Shown here piece after piece: positions 38,000 to 48,245 of a DNA stretch of 64,000 nucleotides. The notes beneath the pieces are model-generated. The model was given only the letters and a program-made list of their open reading frames with translations. It did not search any database and had not been told where the DNA came from. The stretch comes from Gammaproteobacteria bacterium. GTDB lineage: Bacteria; Pseudomonadota; Gammaproteobacteria; JADZEE01. Made by a program: the position numbers and the translations under genes. The stretch is taken from contig JBFXBD010000022.1 of the NCBI GenBank assembly GCA_050183625.1, positions 23,052 through 87,051 on the forward strand, written 5' to 3'. Each line of letters opens with the position of its first letter. Position 1 is the first letter of the stretch.

Positions 38000-40900
38000 C
38001 TAGCCCGCCAGCACCACCACGCCCTTCCCGGCCTGCGCCGAGCGCGGCGGCCGCGGTGCCGCGCGGGTACGCAGGGCTTCCAGCAACTCCGCCTCGCGCG
38101 CCTTGGCGCGCACCCGGAAGCGTTCCTTCACGTGGCCGAAGCCGCGGATCTGCTCCGGTACGCGCGCGAGTTCCACGGCGGTGGCGTGGTTGCCCGCGTC
38201 CAGGGCCTGCAGCACTTCTTCCATGATGCGTTCGTAGTCGACGATGAGCTGGCGTTCCATGCGCCGCTCGGCGCTGCGGCCGAACGGATCCAGGCGCGTG
38301 CCGCGCAGGAATTTCAGGCGCGCCAGCCAGCCGAAGGCAGCCAGCATCCACGGGCCGTAGGTACGCTTGCGCGGCAGGCCGGTGAGCGGATCCGGCCTGG
38401 CGAGCAGCGATGGCGCCAGATGGAACACCAGCCGGTAGTCGCCCTCGAATTGCGCCGCCACGCGTTCGAGAAAGCCGGGTTGCGAGTACAGGCGCGCCAC
38501 CTCGTATTCGTCCTTGTAGCGCAGCAGGCGGAAGTAGTTGCGCGCGCAGGCTTCGGCGAGCGCGGTGGACGCGGGCACGACCTGGGCCTCGCGGCCGCGC
38601 ACCCGCTCCACCAGGGCCAGGTAGCGGCGTGCATAGGCGGCGTCCTGGTAGTCGCCGAGGTACCTGGCGCGGCGCGCGATGATTTCGTCGAGGCCGCCGG
38701 ACAGGCGGTGGCTCTCGGGCTGCGATCCCGCCGGCTCGGCCAGCCTGCGTACCGCGGCAGGATCCAGGGCGGCACGGCGGCCCCAACGGAAGGCCGCGCG
38801 GTTCATGTCCACCGCCGTGGCGTTCAACGCGATCGCGCGCAGGATGGCTTCGGTGGAGACCGGGATCAGGCCCTTCTGGCAGGCGTAGCCGAGCATGAAC
38901 AGGTTCGTGGCGATGGAATCGCCCGTGAGCGCCGTGGCCAGGCGCGTGGCGTCGATGAAGTCGGCCTTGTCCGCGCCCACGGCGTCCACGATCTGCCGCT
39001 TCATGGCTTCCAGCGGCACCTGCGGATCGCCGAACCGGGCCAGATCCCCGCTGCGCGCCTGGGCCGCCGAATTGCGGACGAAGTCGCTGGTGGCGGCCGG
39101 ATCGCCGTTCACCACCGCGCGCGAGACGCCCACCTGCAACTTCGCCAGGCTGTCGTCGGCGACCGCGACGACCATGTCGCAGCCCAGGAGCAGGTTGGCC
39201 TCGCCCGCGGCGATGCGGGCGGCGTGGATCTGCTCGGGCCGATCCGCGATGCGGATGTGCGACCAGACGGCACCGCCCTTCTGCGCCAGTCCCGCCATGT
39301 CCAGCACCGAGACGCCCTTGCCCTCGATGTGCGCCGCCATGCCCAGCAGCGCGCCGATGGTGACGACGCCGGTTCCGCCGACGCCCGTAACCAGGATGCC
39401 GTAGGGCTCGCCGGTGCCGGGGCGATCGGGCTCCGGCAGCGCGCCTGCATCCTCGCCGGCTCCCGCCGCGGCCGCGCTGCGCACGCGGCCGCCCTCCACC
39501 GTGACGAACGAAGGGCAGAATCCGTTCACGCAGGAGTAGTCCTTGTTGCAGGACGACTGATCGATGGCGCGCTTGATGCCGTACTCGGTCTGCACCGGCA
39601 CCACGGACACGCAGCCGGACCGATCGCTGCAATCGCCGCAGCCCTCGCAGACGTCTTCGTTGATGAACACCCGCAGCGCGGGATCGGGGAAGGTGCCGCG
39701 CTTGCGGCGCCGGCGCTTTTCCGCGGCACAGGTCTGGTCGTAGACGAGCGCGGAGACGCCCGGGTACTCGCGCAGTTCGCGCTGGATGGCGTCCAAGGCG
39801 TCGCGGTGGCGCAGCGGTACGCCGGGCGGCAGATCCGCCGCGCCGTAGCCGCGCGGGGTGCCGTCGGTGACGACGATGATGTTGCTCACGTTCTCGGCCT
39901 GGAGCTGGCGCACCAGCATGGGCACGGTCAGCGTGCCGTCCACCGGCTGGCCGCCGGTCATCGCGACCGCGTCGTTGTAGAGGATCTTGTAGGTAATTGG
40001 CGCCCCGGCCGCCACGGCGGCGCGGATGGCGAGGATGCCGGAATGGAAATACGTGCCGTCGCCCAGGTTGGCGAACACGTGCTTCGTCGCGGTGAACGGC
40101 GCCTGGCCGATCCACGGCGCGCCTTCGCCGCCCATCTGGCAGAAGGTGCGGGTGCTTTCCGCGTCGATCCAGGTCGCCATGTAATGGCAGCCGATGCCGG
40201 CCAGCGCGCGGCTGCCCTCGGGCACGCGGGTGGAGGTGTTGTGCGGGCAGCCGGAGCAGTAGTGCGGAATGCGGGCGATCGACACCGGCTTGCCCGCCAG
40301 CGCCTTCTCCTTGGCGTCCAGGAACGCCAGGCGCGCCTGGATGCGCTCTGAGGTGTGGAAGCGGGCGATGCGCGCGGCGATGGCGCGGGCGATCATGGCC
40401 GGTGTCAGTTCCGCCGCCGCCGGCAGCAGCCACCTGCCGTGCGGCAGCGCCCATTCCCCCTTCTCGTCGAACTTGCCGATCACGCGCGGCCGCACGTCCT
40501 CGCGCCAGTTGTAGAGTTCCTCCTTGAGCTGGTATTCGAGGAATTGGCGCTTTTCCTCCACCACCAGGATCTCTTCCAGCCCCTGGGCGAAGCGGCGCAC
40601 GCCTTCGGATTCCAGCGGCCAGGTCATGCCCACCTTGTAGAGGCGGATGCCGATCCCTGCCGCCAGCGGCTCGTCGATGCCCAGGTCCTCCAGGGCCTGG
40701 CGCACGTCCGGATAGGACTTGCCCGAGGTGATGATGCCCAGCCGCGGGCGGGGGCTGTCGATGACGACCCGGTTCAGGCCGTTGGCCCGGCAGTAGGCGA
40801 GCGCGGCGTAGAGCTTGTGGTGCAGCAGCCGTTCCTCCTGCGCCAGCGGCGGATCCGGCCAGCGCAGGTTCAGGCCGTCCGGCGGGAGTTCGATGTCGGA

Positions 40901-41572
40901 GGGGATCACGATGTGCACGCGGTCGGGATCCACGCTCACCGACGCGGAGGTTTCCACCGTGTCAGCCACCGCCTTGAAGGCCACCCAGCACCCGGAGTAG
41001 CGCGACAGCGCCCAGCCGTGCAGGCCGAAGTCCAGGTACTCCTGCACGCCGGACGGCGCCAGCACCGGCATCATCACGGCCTTGAAGATGTGCTCGGTCT
41101 GGTGCGGCATGGTGGACGACTTGGCGCCGTGGTCGTCGCCCGCCACCACCAGCACGCCGCCATGGCGCGATGTGCCTGCGGCGTTGGCGTGTCGGAACAC
41201 GTCTCCGCACCGATCCACGCCCGGCCCCTTGCCGTACCAAAGTGCGAACACGCCGGCGCAGGTGGCGGCCGGATCGAGATTGACCTGCTGGCTGCCCCAG
41301 ATGGCGGTGGCGGCGAGATCCTCGTTCAACCCGGCGTGAAAGCGCACGCGGTGCGCCTCCAGGTGCGGACGCGCGGCACGAAAGGCCAGATCCACGCCGC
41401 CCAGCGGTGAACCGCGATAGCCGCAGACGAAGCCGGCGGTATCGAGCCCGGCCGCCAGATCGCGCCGGCGTTGCATCATCGGCAATCGCACCAGGGCCTG
41501 GATCCCGGTGAGATACACGCGCCCGCGTTCGAGCGTGTACTTGTCGTCGAGGCTGACGCTCGCCAGTGTCAT
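38000..41572 (-). CDS. Indolepyruvate:ferredoxin oxidoreductase family protein (fused alpha/beta, 1190 aa)
   Basis: The N-terminus (YLTGIQALVRLPMMQ) is IOR-type. The TPP-binding region is GDGTYFHSGILAIR. There are [4Fe-4S] Cys clusters (CEGCGDC...CNKDYSC) and a C-terminal gamma-like domain. Confidence 0.85.
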   Translation of the reverse strand: MTLASVSLDDKYTLERGRVYLTGIQALVRLPMMQRRRDLAAGLDTAGFVCGYRGSPLGGVDLAFRAARPHLEAHRVRFHAGLNEDLAATAIWGSQQVNLDPAATCAGVFALWYGKGPGVDRCGDVFRHANAAGTSRHGGVLVVAGDDHGAKSSTMPHQTEHIFKAVMMPVLAPSGVQEYLDFGLHGWALSRYSGCWVAFKAVADTVETSASVSVDPDRVHIVIPSDIELPPDGLNLRWPDPPLAQEERLLHHKLYAALAYCRANGLNRVVIDSPRPRLGIITSGKSYPDVRQALEDLGIDEPLAAGIGIRLYKVGMTWPLESEGVRRFAQGLEEILVVEEKRQFLEYQLKEELYNWREDVRPRVIGKFDEKGEWALPHGRWLLPAAAELTPAMIARAIAARIARFHTSERIQARLAFLDAKEKALAGKPVSIARIPHYCSGCPHNTSTRVPEGSRALAGIGCHYMATWIDAESTRTFCQMGGEGAPWIGQAPFTATKHVFANLGDGTYFHSGILAIRAAVAAGAPITYKILYNDAVAMTGGQPVDGTLTVPMLVRQLQAENVSNIIVVTDGTPRGYGAADLPPGVPLRHRDALDAIQRELREYPGVSALVYDQTCAAEKRRRRKRGTFPDPALRVFINEDVCEGCGDCSDRSGCVSVVPVQTEYGIKRAIDQSSCNKDYSCVNGFCPSFVTVEGGRVRSAAAAGAGEDAGALPEPDRPGTGEPYGILVTGVGGTGVVTIGALLGMAAHIEGKGVSVLDMAGLAQKGGAVWSHIRIADRPEQIHAARIAAGEANLLLGCDMVVAVADDSLAKLQVGVSRAVVNGDPAATSDFVRNSAAQARSGDLARFGDPQVPLEAMKRQIVDAVGADKADFIDATRLATALTGDSIATNLFMLGYACQKGLIPVSTEAILRAIALNATAVDMNRAAFRWGRRAALDPAAVRRLAEPAGSQPESHRLSGGLDEIIARRARYLGDYQDAAYARRYLALVERVRGREAQVVPASTALAEACARNYFRLLRYKDEYEVARLYSQPGFLERVAAQFEGDYRLVFHLAPSLLARPDPLTGLPRKRTYGPWMLAAFGWLARLKFLRGTRLDPFGRSAERRMERQLIVDYERIMEEVLQALDAGNHATAVELARVPEQIRGFGHVKERFRVRAKAREAELLEALRTRAAPRPPRSAQAGKGVVVLAG

Positions 41573-41724
41573 CGTTGCGCTCCGGTGGCCCCGTGGGGCG
41601 GTGGCCTGGCGGCGCAGTCACGGTAGCTGGCGCTTTGCGCCGGGCAGGCCACGCGTGCCGGCAACACCGTGCACGCGCTCTCAGTCTAGCGCAGTCGAAC
41701 CTCGGGGATTCCACGAGCGGCGCA

Positions 41725-42480
41725 TCAGTCGCCGGTCTTGCGCGCCACGTAGAAGCCGTAGCCGACGAACGCCGCGTATCGTTCGTGGAGCGCGATTTCG
41801 CGCTCCTCCGCCGCGACGATCGCGGCCGCGGCCGGCGAGTGCCCGTTGCGCGCCAGGAAGGCTGCGAATCGGGCCTGCATCGGGCGATAGTAGTTTTCCA
41901 GCCAGCATCGTTGTGGGAGCGTGAAGTAGCCCAGCGGGGAAAAGCCGTGCTGCTCCAGCACCGCGATCTTGTCCGACGCCGTCCCCACCTCGGGGTACTC
42001 GCGCTTCCAATGCTGTTCCAGTTCCGCCGGCCGCTCCCGCGTCAGCCAGGTCAGCTCGGATACGGCCAGGATGCCGCCGGGCTTCAGGAAGCGGCGCCAG
42101 GCGCGGATGCCGTTCGTGAAGCCCATGTTGTAGATGGCGCCTTCCGACCAGATCGCGTCCAGGGAACGCGCGGCGAACGGCAGCGCGTGCATCGAGGCGA
42201 GCAGCGTCCTCACCCGCTCACCCAGGCCCTGCCGCTCCACGGCGACCGCGAGCGCGTGGATGAACTCCGGACGGAAATCCACGGCGGTCACGACGGCGTC
42301 GAGTTCCCGCGCCAGCACCAGCGTGGAGGCCCCGGTGCCGCAGCCGATGTCGGCGATTTCCCCCCCGCTGGCCGAACGCAGGCCCGACAGCGCGATCGCC
42401 AGGCGCGTTTCATCGTCGCCGCCCGGACCCAGGCGAACGGCATCCCGGTGCAGATCGACGAGCCGACCGAGGTCATCCAT
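41725..42480 (-). CDS. Class I SAM-dependent methyltransferase
   Basis: DIGCGTGASTLVLA is motif I, with GGILAV downstream. The start is at the internal ATG 42478-42480, preceded by GGAG. The 729-aa track ORF is an antisense over-extension into the RND genes. Confidence 0.7.
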   Translation of the reverse strand: MDDLGRLVDLHRDAVRLGPGGDDETRLAIALSGLRSASGGEIADIGCGTGASTLVLARELDAVVTAVDFRPEFIHALAVAVERQGLGERVRTLLASMHALPFAARSLDAIWSEGAIYNMGFTNGIRAWRRFLKPGGILAVSELTWLTRERPAELEQHWKREYPEVGTASDKIAVLEQHGFSPLGYFTLPQRCWLENYYRPMQARFAAFLARNGHSPAAAAIVAAEEREIALHERYAAFVGYGFYVARKTGD

Positions 42481-42639
42481 TGGCGGGCTCCGTTGCGCGT
42501 GCGCGGCGTCGTGTCCCGCGCCGGCTAGTGTGCGCCGGAACGCGCCTCTATACTGCAGTCCGGTCCGGCGCGGGCAGGCTGCGACAGGGAAGTCGGACAT
42601 CCGCTCCCGGCGCGCCGGCCGATATGGATTGAACTCCCA

Positions 42640-43803
42640 GTGTCGAGACTCAAGTCTCCCAGGATCCTTTATCCCGTCGCAACCCTGCTGGCCGCGACCG
42701 CGGCGGCCGCATTGCTGATCGCGACGGGTCCGGAGCTCGAACACCAGCCGGCCGCCGCGAGCGCGCCGAGCGTGGACTACATCATCGCCAAGGCGGCGCG
42801 CGCGACGCTCAAGGTGCACGCCCAGGGCAGCGTCGAGCCGCGCACCGAAGCCGCGTTGGTCCCGGAAGTGTCCGGCACCGTGGTCGAGGTCTCGCCGCAG
42901 ATGGTCTCGGGCGGCCGGTTCGAGCAGGGCGATTGGCTGGTCCGCATCGACGATCGCGACTACCGCTATGCGTTGGCGCAGGCGCGCGCCGCACTGGAGG
43001 GGGCGGGCGCGGAGCTCGAACACGGCCGCTACGAGCATGAGCGCCTGTCCAAGCTCCTGGAACGCAACCTTGCCAGCCGCACGGCCGCCGATGGCGCGCA
43101 GCGCGCCCTGCGTGCCGCGCAGGCCGGGCACAAGCAGGCGCAGGCGGCAGTCGCGCGCGCGGAACTCGATCTGCAACGCACCGGGCTGCGCGCGCCGTTC
43201 AGCGGCAGGGTGCGCAGCGAGGAAGTGGACGTCGGCCAGTTCGTCGACCGCGGCGAGCGCATCGCGGTGCTCTACGCCACCGACTACGTCGACATCCGCC
43301 TGCCGTTGGCGGATCGGCAGCTGGGCTTCCTCGCACCCGGCGTGCTCGAAGGCGGCACGGCTGCCTCGGCGCCGGTGCGGATCCGCGCCACGCTGGGCGG
43401 GCAGGCGCGCGAGTGGCGCGGGTTCCTGCACCGCACCGAGGGCGAGATCGACCGGCGCAGCCGCATGATTCACGTCGTCGCACGCGTCAGCGGGGCGGAG
43501 AACGCCGGGCAGCCGCCGTTGCCGGTCGGCCTGTTCGTGCAGGCCGAGATCCAGGGGCGCGAGCTGGAACGCGCGTATACCCTGCCCCGGGCTGCGATCC
43601 GCGATGGCCGCCGGGTGCTGGTCATCGACGCGGAGAATCGGCTGCGGTTTCGCGAGGTCGAGATCCTGCGCATCGACGACGAGTCGGTCATCGTGGGCGG
43701 CGGCCTGCGCGACGGGGAACGGATCTGCGTGTCGCAGTTGCAGGCCGCGGTCGAGAACATGGCGGTCAAGCCGTCCGCCGTCGTCGGCGCCGGCGCGGGC
43801 TGA
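42640..43803 (+). CDS. RND efflux periplasmic adaptor (membrane fusion protein)
   Basis: There is an N-terminal membrane anchor, a coiled-coil region and a beta-barrel/lipoyl-like region (RAPFSGRV). Confidence 0.8.
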   Translation: MSRLKSPRILYPVATLLAATAAAALLIATGPELEHQPAAASAPSVDYIIAKAARATLKVHAQGSVEPRTEAALVPEVSGTVVEVSPQMVSGGRFEQGDWLVRIDDRDYRYALAQARAALEGAGAELEHGRYEHERLSKLLERNLASRTAADGAQRALRAAQAGHKQAQAAVARAELDLQRTGLRAPFSGRVRSEEVDVGQFVDRGERIAVLYATDYVDIRLPLADRQLGFLAPGVLEGGTAASAPVRIRATLGGQAREWRGFLHRTEGEIDRRSRMIHVVARVSGAENAGQPPLPVGLFVQAEIQGRELERAYTLPRAAIRDGRRVLVIDAENRLRFREVEILRIDDESVIVGGGLRDGERICVSQLQAAVENMAVKPSAVVGAGAG

Positions 43804-43812
43804 GTCCGGCCG

Positions 43813-46800
43813 ATGAAGTCGCTCATCGCCTGGTTCGTCGACAACCCGGTGGCGGCCAACCTGATCGCGCTGGTCATCTGCGTCGGCGGCATATTGCAGT
43901 TGTTCACCCTGCACAAGGAGGAGTTCCCAAGCATCGACACCGAGACGATTTCGATCCAGGTGCCGTTCCCGGGCGCGGCGCCGGAGGAAGTCGAGAATTC
44001 GGTCTGCGTGCGCATCGAGGAGGCGCTCGAGGGGATCGAAGGCATCAAGCGGGTGATCACGACGGCGAACGAGGGTTCGTGCGCCATTTCCGTCGAGCTG
44101 CTCACCGGCGCGAACAAGAGCAAGGCCCTGGACGAGGTCAATTCAGCGGTCGATGGAATCGATTCCTTCCCGGTGGACACCGAGCGGCCCGGCATCGCCG
44201 AGGTGACGATGAAAACGACGGTCATGGAGCTCGTCGTATCCGGGAACCTGGATGAACGCTCGCTCAAGGAGCTCGCCCAGAGCGTGCGCGACGAGTTGAC
44301 CGAGCTGCCCGGGGTGTCCCAGGTCACGCTGTTGTACGTGCGTCCCTACGAGGTGTCGATCGAGGTATCCGAACAGACGTTGCGACAGTTCGGCCTGACG
44401 CTGGGCGCGGTGGCCGAGGCGGTAAGGGCCGGCTCGGCGGATGTGCCGGGCGGCTCGGTCAAGACCGAAAGCGGCGAAGTCATGTTGCGCGCCAAGGGGC
44501 AGCGCTACGTGGGGACGCAGTTCGAGGACATCCCGGTGATTGCCCGCGCCGACGGAACGGTCGTGCGGCTGGGGGAAATCGCCACCATCGTGGACGGTTT
44601 CGAGGACACCGATCTGCGCGCACGCTTCGACGGCGAGCCGGCGATGGCGCTGCGAATCGAACGTGTCGGTGACGAAGACACCCTGGCCATCGCCGAGCGT
44701 GTCAAGCAGTACCTGAGTGCCAGGCAGCGGGAGTTGCCGCCGGGAGCCAGGCTCCAGATCTGGCGCGACGAGTCGCTCGAACTCGTCGATCGGCTCGACG
44801 TCCTGCTGGCCAACGCGGCCGGGGGGCTGGCTCTGGTGCTGTTGACGCTGGCGCTGTTCCTGAGGTTCCGAATCGCATTGTGGGTCGCGGCGGGCCTGCC
44901 CGTGGCGATGCTCGGGGCGGTGCTGCTGTTTTCGAAGTTCGGCGTGTCGATCAACTCGTTGTCGGTGATGGGGTTGCTGCTCAGCATCGGCATCCTGGTC
45001 GACGACGCAATCGTCGTGGGCGAGCGCGTGCACGCGCGCGAGTCGCAGGGCGAGGACCCACGTACCGCCGCGATCGAGGGCACCAACGAAGTGGCGATCC
45101 CGGTCTTCTTCGGCGTGCTGACGACGGTCGCCGCGTTTTATCCGATGCTCACCCTGCCCGGGCAGATGAATGCGTTTTTCGGCGCCGCCGGCATCACCGT
45201 GGTGCTCTGCCTCCTGTTCTCGCTCGCCGAATCCCAGCTCGTACTGCCGGCGCATCTGGCGCATCGGGGACGCGGCGTGTCGTCGGCGCCGTGGGTGCGG
45301 CGTTGGATTGGATTCCAGGACCGGATTTCCGCGGGTCTCATGCGCTGGGCGCAGGGACCGTACCGGCGCCAGCTCGCGAGCGCATTGCGGTGGCGCTACC
45401 TCGTGCTTGCCATCGCCGCCGCCGCATTCATCCTCACCGGCGGCCTGATCGCCAGCGGACGGCTGATGTTCCAGTTCTTCCCGTCGGTGGAGGGCGATCG
45501 GGTCTACGCCACGCTGGTGATGCCCGAAGGCGCGGCGCTCGCCCAGACCGCCATGGCAGCCAGGCGGCTCGAGGACAGCGCCCGACGGCTGCAGGCGGAG
45601 TTGGATCGGGACAACCCGCTGGACGGCGGGCGCAGCAACTTCGTGCATGTGCTCTCGTCGATCGGAACATCGCTGGGCAAGGGCGCAATCGCCTTCGGCC
45701 AGAGCAGCGGCAGCCACATCGCCGAAGTCGGCATCGAGCTGCCGCATTATCATGAGCGCAACGGGCTGTCCTCCGGGGAGGTGGCGGCGCGTTGGCGCGA
45801 ACTCACCGGGCCGATCAGCGGCGTGGTGCAGCTTGGCTTCAGCGCCCAGGCCTTCGGGGTCGGCATGCCGGTCGACGTGCAATTGCGTGGTCGCGACGTC
45901 GCGCAGCTCGCAAGCGCGGCGGCCGAACTGCGCTCGACCCTCGCGCAGTACGATGGGGTGATGGACATCGCCGATACGTTCCGCCCAGGCAAGCAGGAGC
46001 TGACGCTCAGGATCCGGCCCGAGGCGGAACTGCTGGGCCTGAGCCAGCGTGAACTCGGCCGGCAGGTGCGCCAGGCCTTCTACGGCGAGGAAGCCCAACG
46101 CGTGCAGCGCGGCCGGGACGACGTACGCGTGATGGTGAGATTCCCGGAATCCGAGCGGGTTTCGCTGGGCAATTTCGAGCACATGCGGATCCGCGCCGCC
46201 GACGGTACCGAGGTGCCGTCGCTGAGCGTCGCCGATGCGAACCTGGGCATGGGCTACGCCACGATCCATCGCATCGACGGCCGGCGCGTCGTCAGCGTCA
46301 CGGCCGATGTCGATCGCAGCCGCGTGGCGCCGGAGGAGATCCTCGGCAGGCTGGTCGAGCAGGATCTGCCTCGACTGCTGGAGAAGTACCCAGGGGTCTC
46401 CTATGCGCTCGCGGGGGAGGCGGAGAACCGCGACGAGTCGATGTCCGGGCTCCTGAATTCCACCATCATCGCCCTGCTTCTCATCTTTGCGCTGCTCGCG
46501 ATCCCGCTGCGCAGCTACGTGCAGCCGCTGGTGATCATGAGCGCCATTCCATTCGGCATCATCGGCGCGCTGCTGGGCCACCTCATCATGGGCATGGACC
46601 CGGTGTTTTTCTCGCTGCTCGGGATCGTCGCGCTGTCCGGCGTGGTGGTGAACTCGAGCCTGGTGCTGGTCGACTACATCAACGTCCAGGTCCGCCGCGG
46701 CGTGCCGTTGGAGCAGGCGGTCATGGACGCCGGTGTTCGGCGCTTCCGGCCTATATTCCTCACCTCGGTGACCACCTGCGTCGGCCTCGGGCCGCTGATG

Positions 46801-46983
46801 GCGACCACCAACTTCGCCACCTCCATGTTCGTTCCCATGGCGGTGTCGATGGCGTTCGGCGTCCTGTTCGCGACGGTGATAACGCTCTACCTGATCCCCG
46901 CCCTTTGCCTCATCCTCGACGATCTGCGCCGGTTGCGCGCGGTGCCGGTGGCGGAGCAGGGCGAACCGCCGGGGTTGCGATAG
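43813..46983 (+). CDS. RND efflux transporter permease (AcrB/HAE family)
   Basis: It is 1056 aa with 12 TM helices and two large periplasmic loops. The N-terminus MKSLIAWFVDNPVAANLIALVI is typical. Confidence 0.85.
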   Translation: MKSLIAWFVDNPVAANLIALVICVGGILQLFTLHKEEFPSIDTETISIQVPFPGAAPEEVENSVCVRIEEALEGIEGIKRVITTANEGSCAISVELLTGANKSKALDEVNSAVDGIDSFPVDTERPGIAEVTMKTTVMELVVSGNLDERSLKELAQSVRDELTELPGVSQVTLLYVRPYEVSIEVSEQTLRQFGLTLGAVAEAVRAGSADVPGGSVKTESGEVMLRAKGQRYVGTQFEDIPVIARADGTVVRLGEIATIVDGFEDTDLRARFDGEPAMALRIERVGDEDTLAIAERVKQYLSARQRELPPGARLQIWRDESLELVDRLDVLLANAAGGLALVLLTLALFLRFRIALWVAAGLPVAMLGAVLLFSKFGVSINSLSVMGLLLSIGILVDDAIVVGERVHARESQGEDPRTAAIEGTNEVAIPVFFGVLTTVAAFYPMLTLPGQMNAFFGAAGITVVLCLLFSLAESQLVLPAHLAHRGRGVSSAPWVRRWIGFQDRISAGLMRWAQGPYRRQLASALRWRYLVLAIAAAAFILTGGLIASGRLMFQFFPSVEGDRVYATLVMPEGAALAQTAMAARRLEDSARRLQAELDRDNPLDGGRSNFVHVLSSIGTSLGKGAIAFGQSSGSHIAEVGIELPHYHERNGLSSGEVAARWRELTGPISGVVQLGFSAQAFGVGMPVDVQLRGRDVAQLASAAAELRSTLAQYDGVMDIADTFRPGKQELTLRIRPEAELLGLSQRELGRQVRQAFYGEEAQRVQRGRDDVRVMVRFPESERVSLGNFEHMRIRAADGTEVPSLSVADANLGMGYATIHRIDGRRVVSVTADVDRSRVAPEEILGRLVEQDLPRLLEKYPGVSYALAGEAENRDESMSGLLNSTIIALLLIFALLAIPLRSYVQPLVIMSAIPFGIIGALLGHLIMGMDPVFFSLLGIVALSGVVVNSSLVLVDYINVQVRRGVPLEQAVMDAGVRRFRPIFLTSVTTCVGLGPLMATTNFATSMFVPMAVSMAFGVLFATVITLYLIPALCLILDDLRRLRAVPVAEQGEPPGLR

Positions 46984-47080
46984 TGCCCCGGTTTCGAAAT
47001 CGCGCCGCCGGTACGGCGGCCGGCAGGGGTGGTGCGGAAAGGGCCGGCAGCGGTCCGGCGCAACGCAAAGCGGGTGCCAT

Positions 47081-48187
47081 GTGAACGTGTCGCGGGACCG
47101 AGGGCAGGCCGCCGTGTTCCTGGCCTCCTGGGCGATGGCCGCGTGCGCGCACGCGAGCTATGGCCAGATGAAGTTGAACGGCGCGTTCCTGCTGCTGGGC
47201 TTCATCCTGGTCGTCCTGTACGCACTGGTCCTGAACCTTGCATTGATAGTCGGGATCTTTCGCTTCCGGGTGGCGCTGGTCATCGGCACCGTCATGTCGC
47301 TTTCCTTGGCGTGGCTGCTGCTGCTCGCGTGTGCGTCCCCGGACGAACGGGCGGGATTCTTCAAGATGCTTTCGGGCGGTTCCGGGCGCGTGATCCTGGT
47401 CGCGACCGGCGCGGTGCTCCTTCCCTTCATTGTCATCGCGCCGTATGCGCAGCACCTGGCCGCGCGTCGCGGCGAACGGTTGCCGCGATGGATGAAGGCC
47501 TGGATGGCGGCGCAGCTTGCGCTGCTGCCGGCATTCATAGTGCTCGCGTTCACGGAGCGGCACTTCTGGCGGCAGGAGTTCGAGGCGGCGCGTGCGCAGG
47601 GCGAGCGTGCCAAGGCGGGGGATATGCGCCGGTTGTTGGACGATGCCGAGCGACGGCACGAGCGCATCTGGGGTACCGGATGGCACTATCCCTGGTTGCA
47701 GGCGCCCGCGGGCGTCTCATTCGGCCCGCAAGGTGGATGGACCCTGGGCCTGGCGCTGGGCGTGGACGCATCCGCGCTGATCGCCGCGGATGAACCCCTG
47801 GCGGAGTCGGACCGGGTGGCGTTGCGCATGCTCATGGACCGGCGCTTCGCGCACTACGCGGTGGCCAATATCCGCGCCAGGCTGGTGTGGGACGCGCTCG
47901 TGCCGGGGAGCTTTTCCACTACGATCCGTCCGCGGCAGGTGTCGGAGGACGCGATACCGGCGTTGTTGGATCGATTCGAGAAGTACGGCGACGGGCGCAT
48001 TTGTCCCGATGGCCGGATGGCGGATGCCGACCGTGCCGCGTTGAATGCGCTGTTGCTGGCCAAGGCGCGTGGAACGGACAGCAACGCGGATTACGCGCTG
48101 CTCCTGGCCAAGGGGGCCGGGAGCACCCGGGACGTTCGTCCACCCTGGGACGATTTTCTGCGGCGTGTCGAGCGGCTCTGCAGATGA
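47081..48187 (+). CDS. Hypothetical membrane protein (N-terminal TM helices plus soluble C-domain)
   Basis: There is an ORF with 4-5 hydrophobic helices and no recognised family. The start codon is uncertain (GTG 47081, ATG 47135 or ATG 47168). Confidence 0.4.
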   Translation: MNVSRDRGQAAVFLASWAMAACAHASYGQMKLNGAFLLLGFILVVLYALVLNLALIVGIFRFRVALVIGTVMSLSLAWLLLLACASPDERAGFFKMLSGGSGRVILVATGAVLLPFIVIAPYAQHLAARRGERLPRWMKAWMAAQLALLPAFIVLAFTERHFWRQEFEAARAQGERAKAGDMRRLLDDAERRHERIWGTGWHYPWLQAPAGVSFGPQGGWTLGLALGVDASALIAADEPLAESDRVALRMLMDRRFAHYAVANIRARLVWDALVPGSFSTTIRPRQVSEDAIPALLDRFEKYGDGRICPDGRMADADRAALNALLLAKARGTDSNADYALLLAKGAGSTRDVRPPWDDFLRRVERLCR

Positions 48188-48245
48188 TTGGGAGCAGCGT
48201 GCGGTACACGCATCGACGGCACGCTCTCGCAGACGGGAACTGCGC

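Noticed and set aside
36668-40351. 1227-aa plus-strand ORF and the 940-aa ORF at 37632-40454
   Set aside because: Both are antisense or out of frame to the motif-rich IOR gene (38000-41572) and have no domains.
44143-46581. 812-aa minus-strand ORF
   Set aside because: It is antisense to the RND permease gene.
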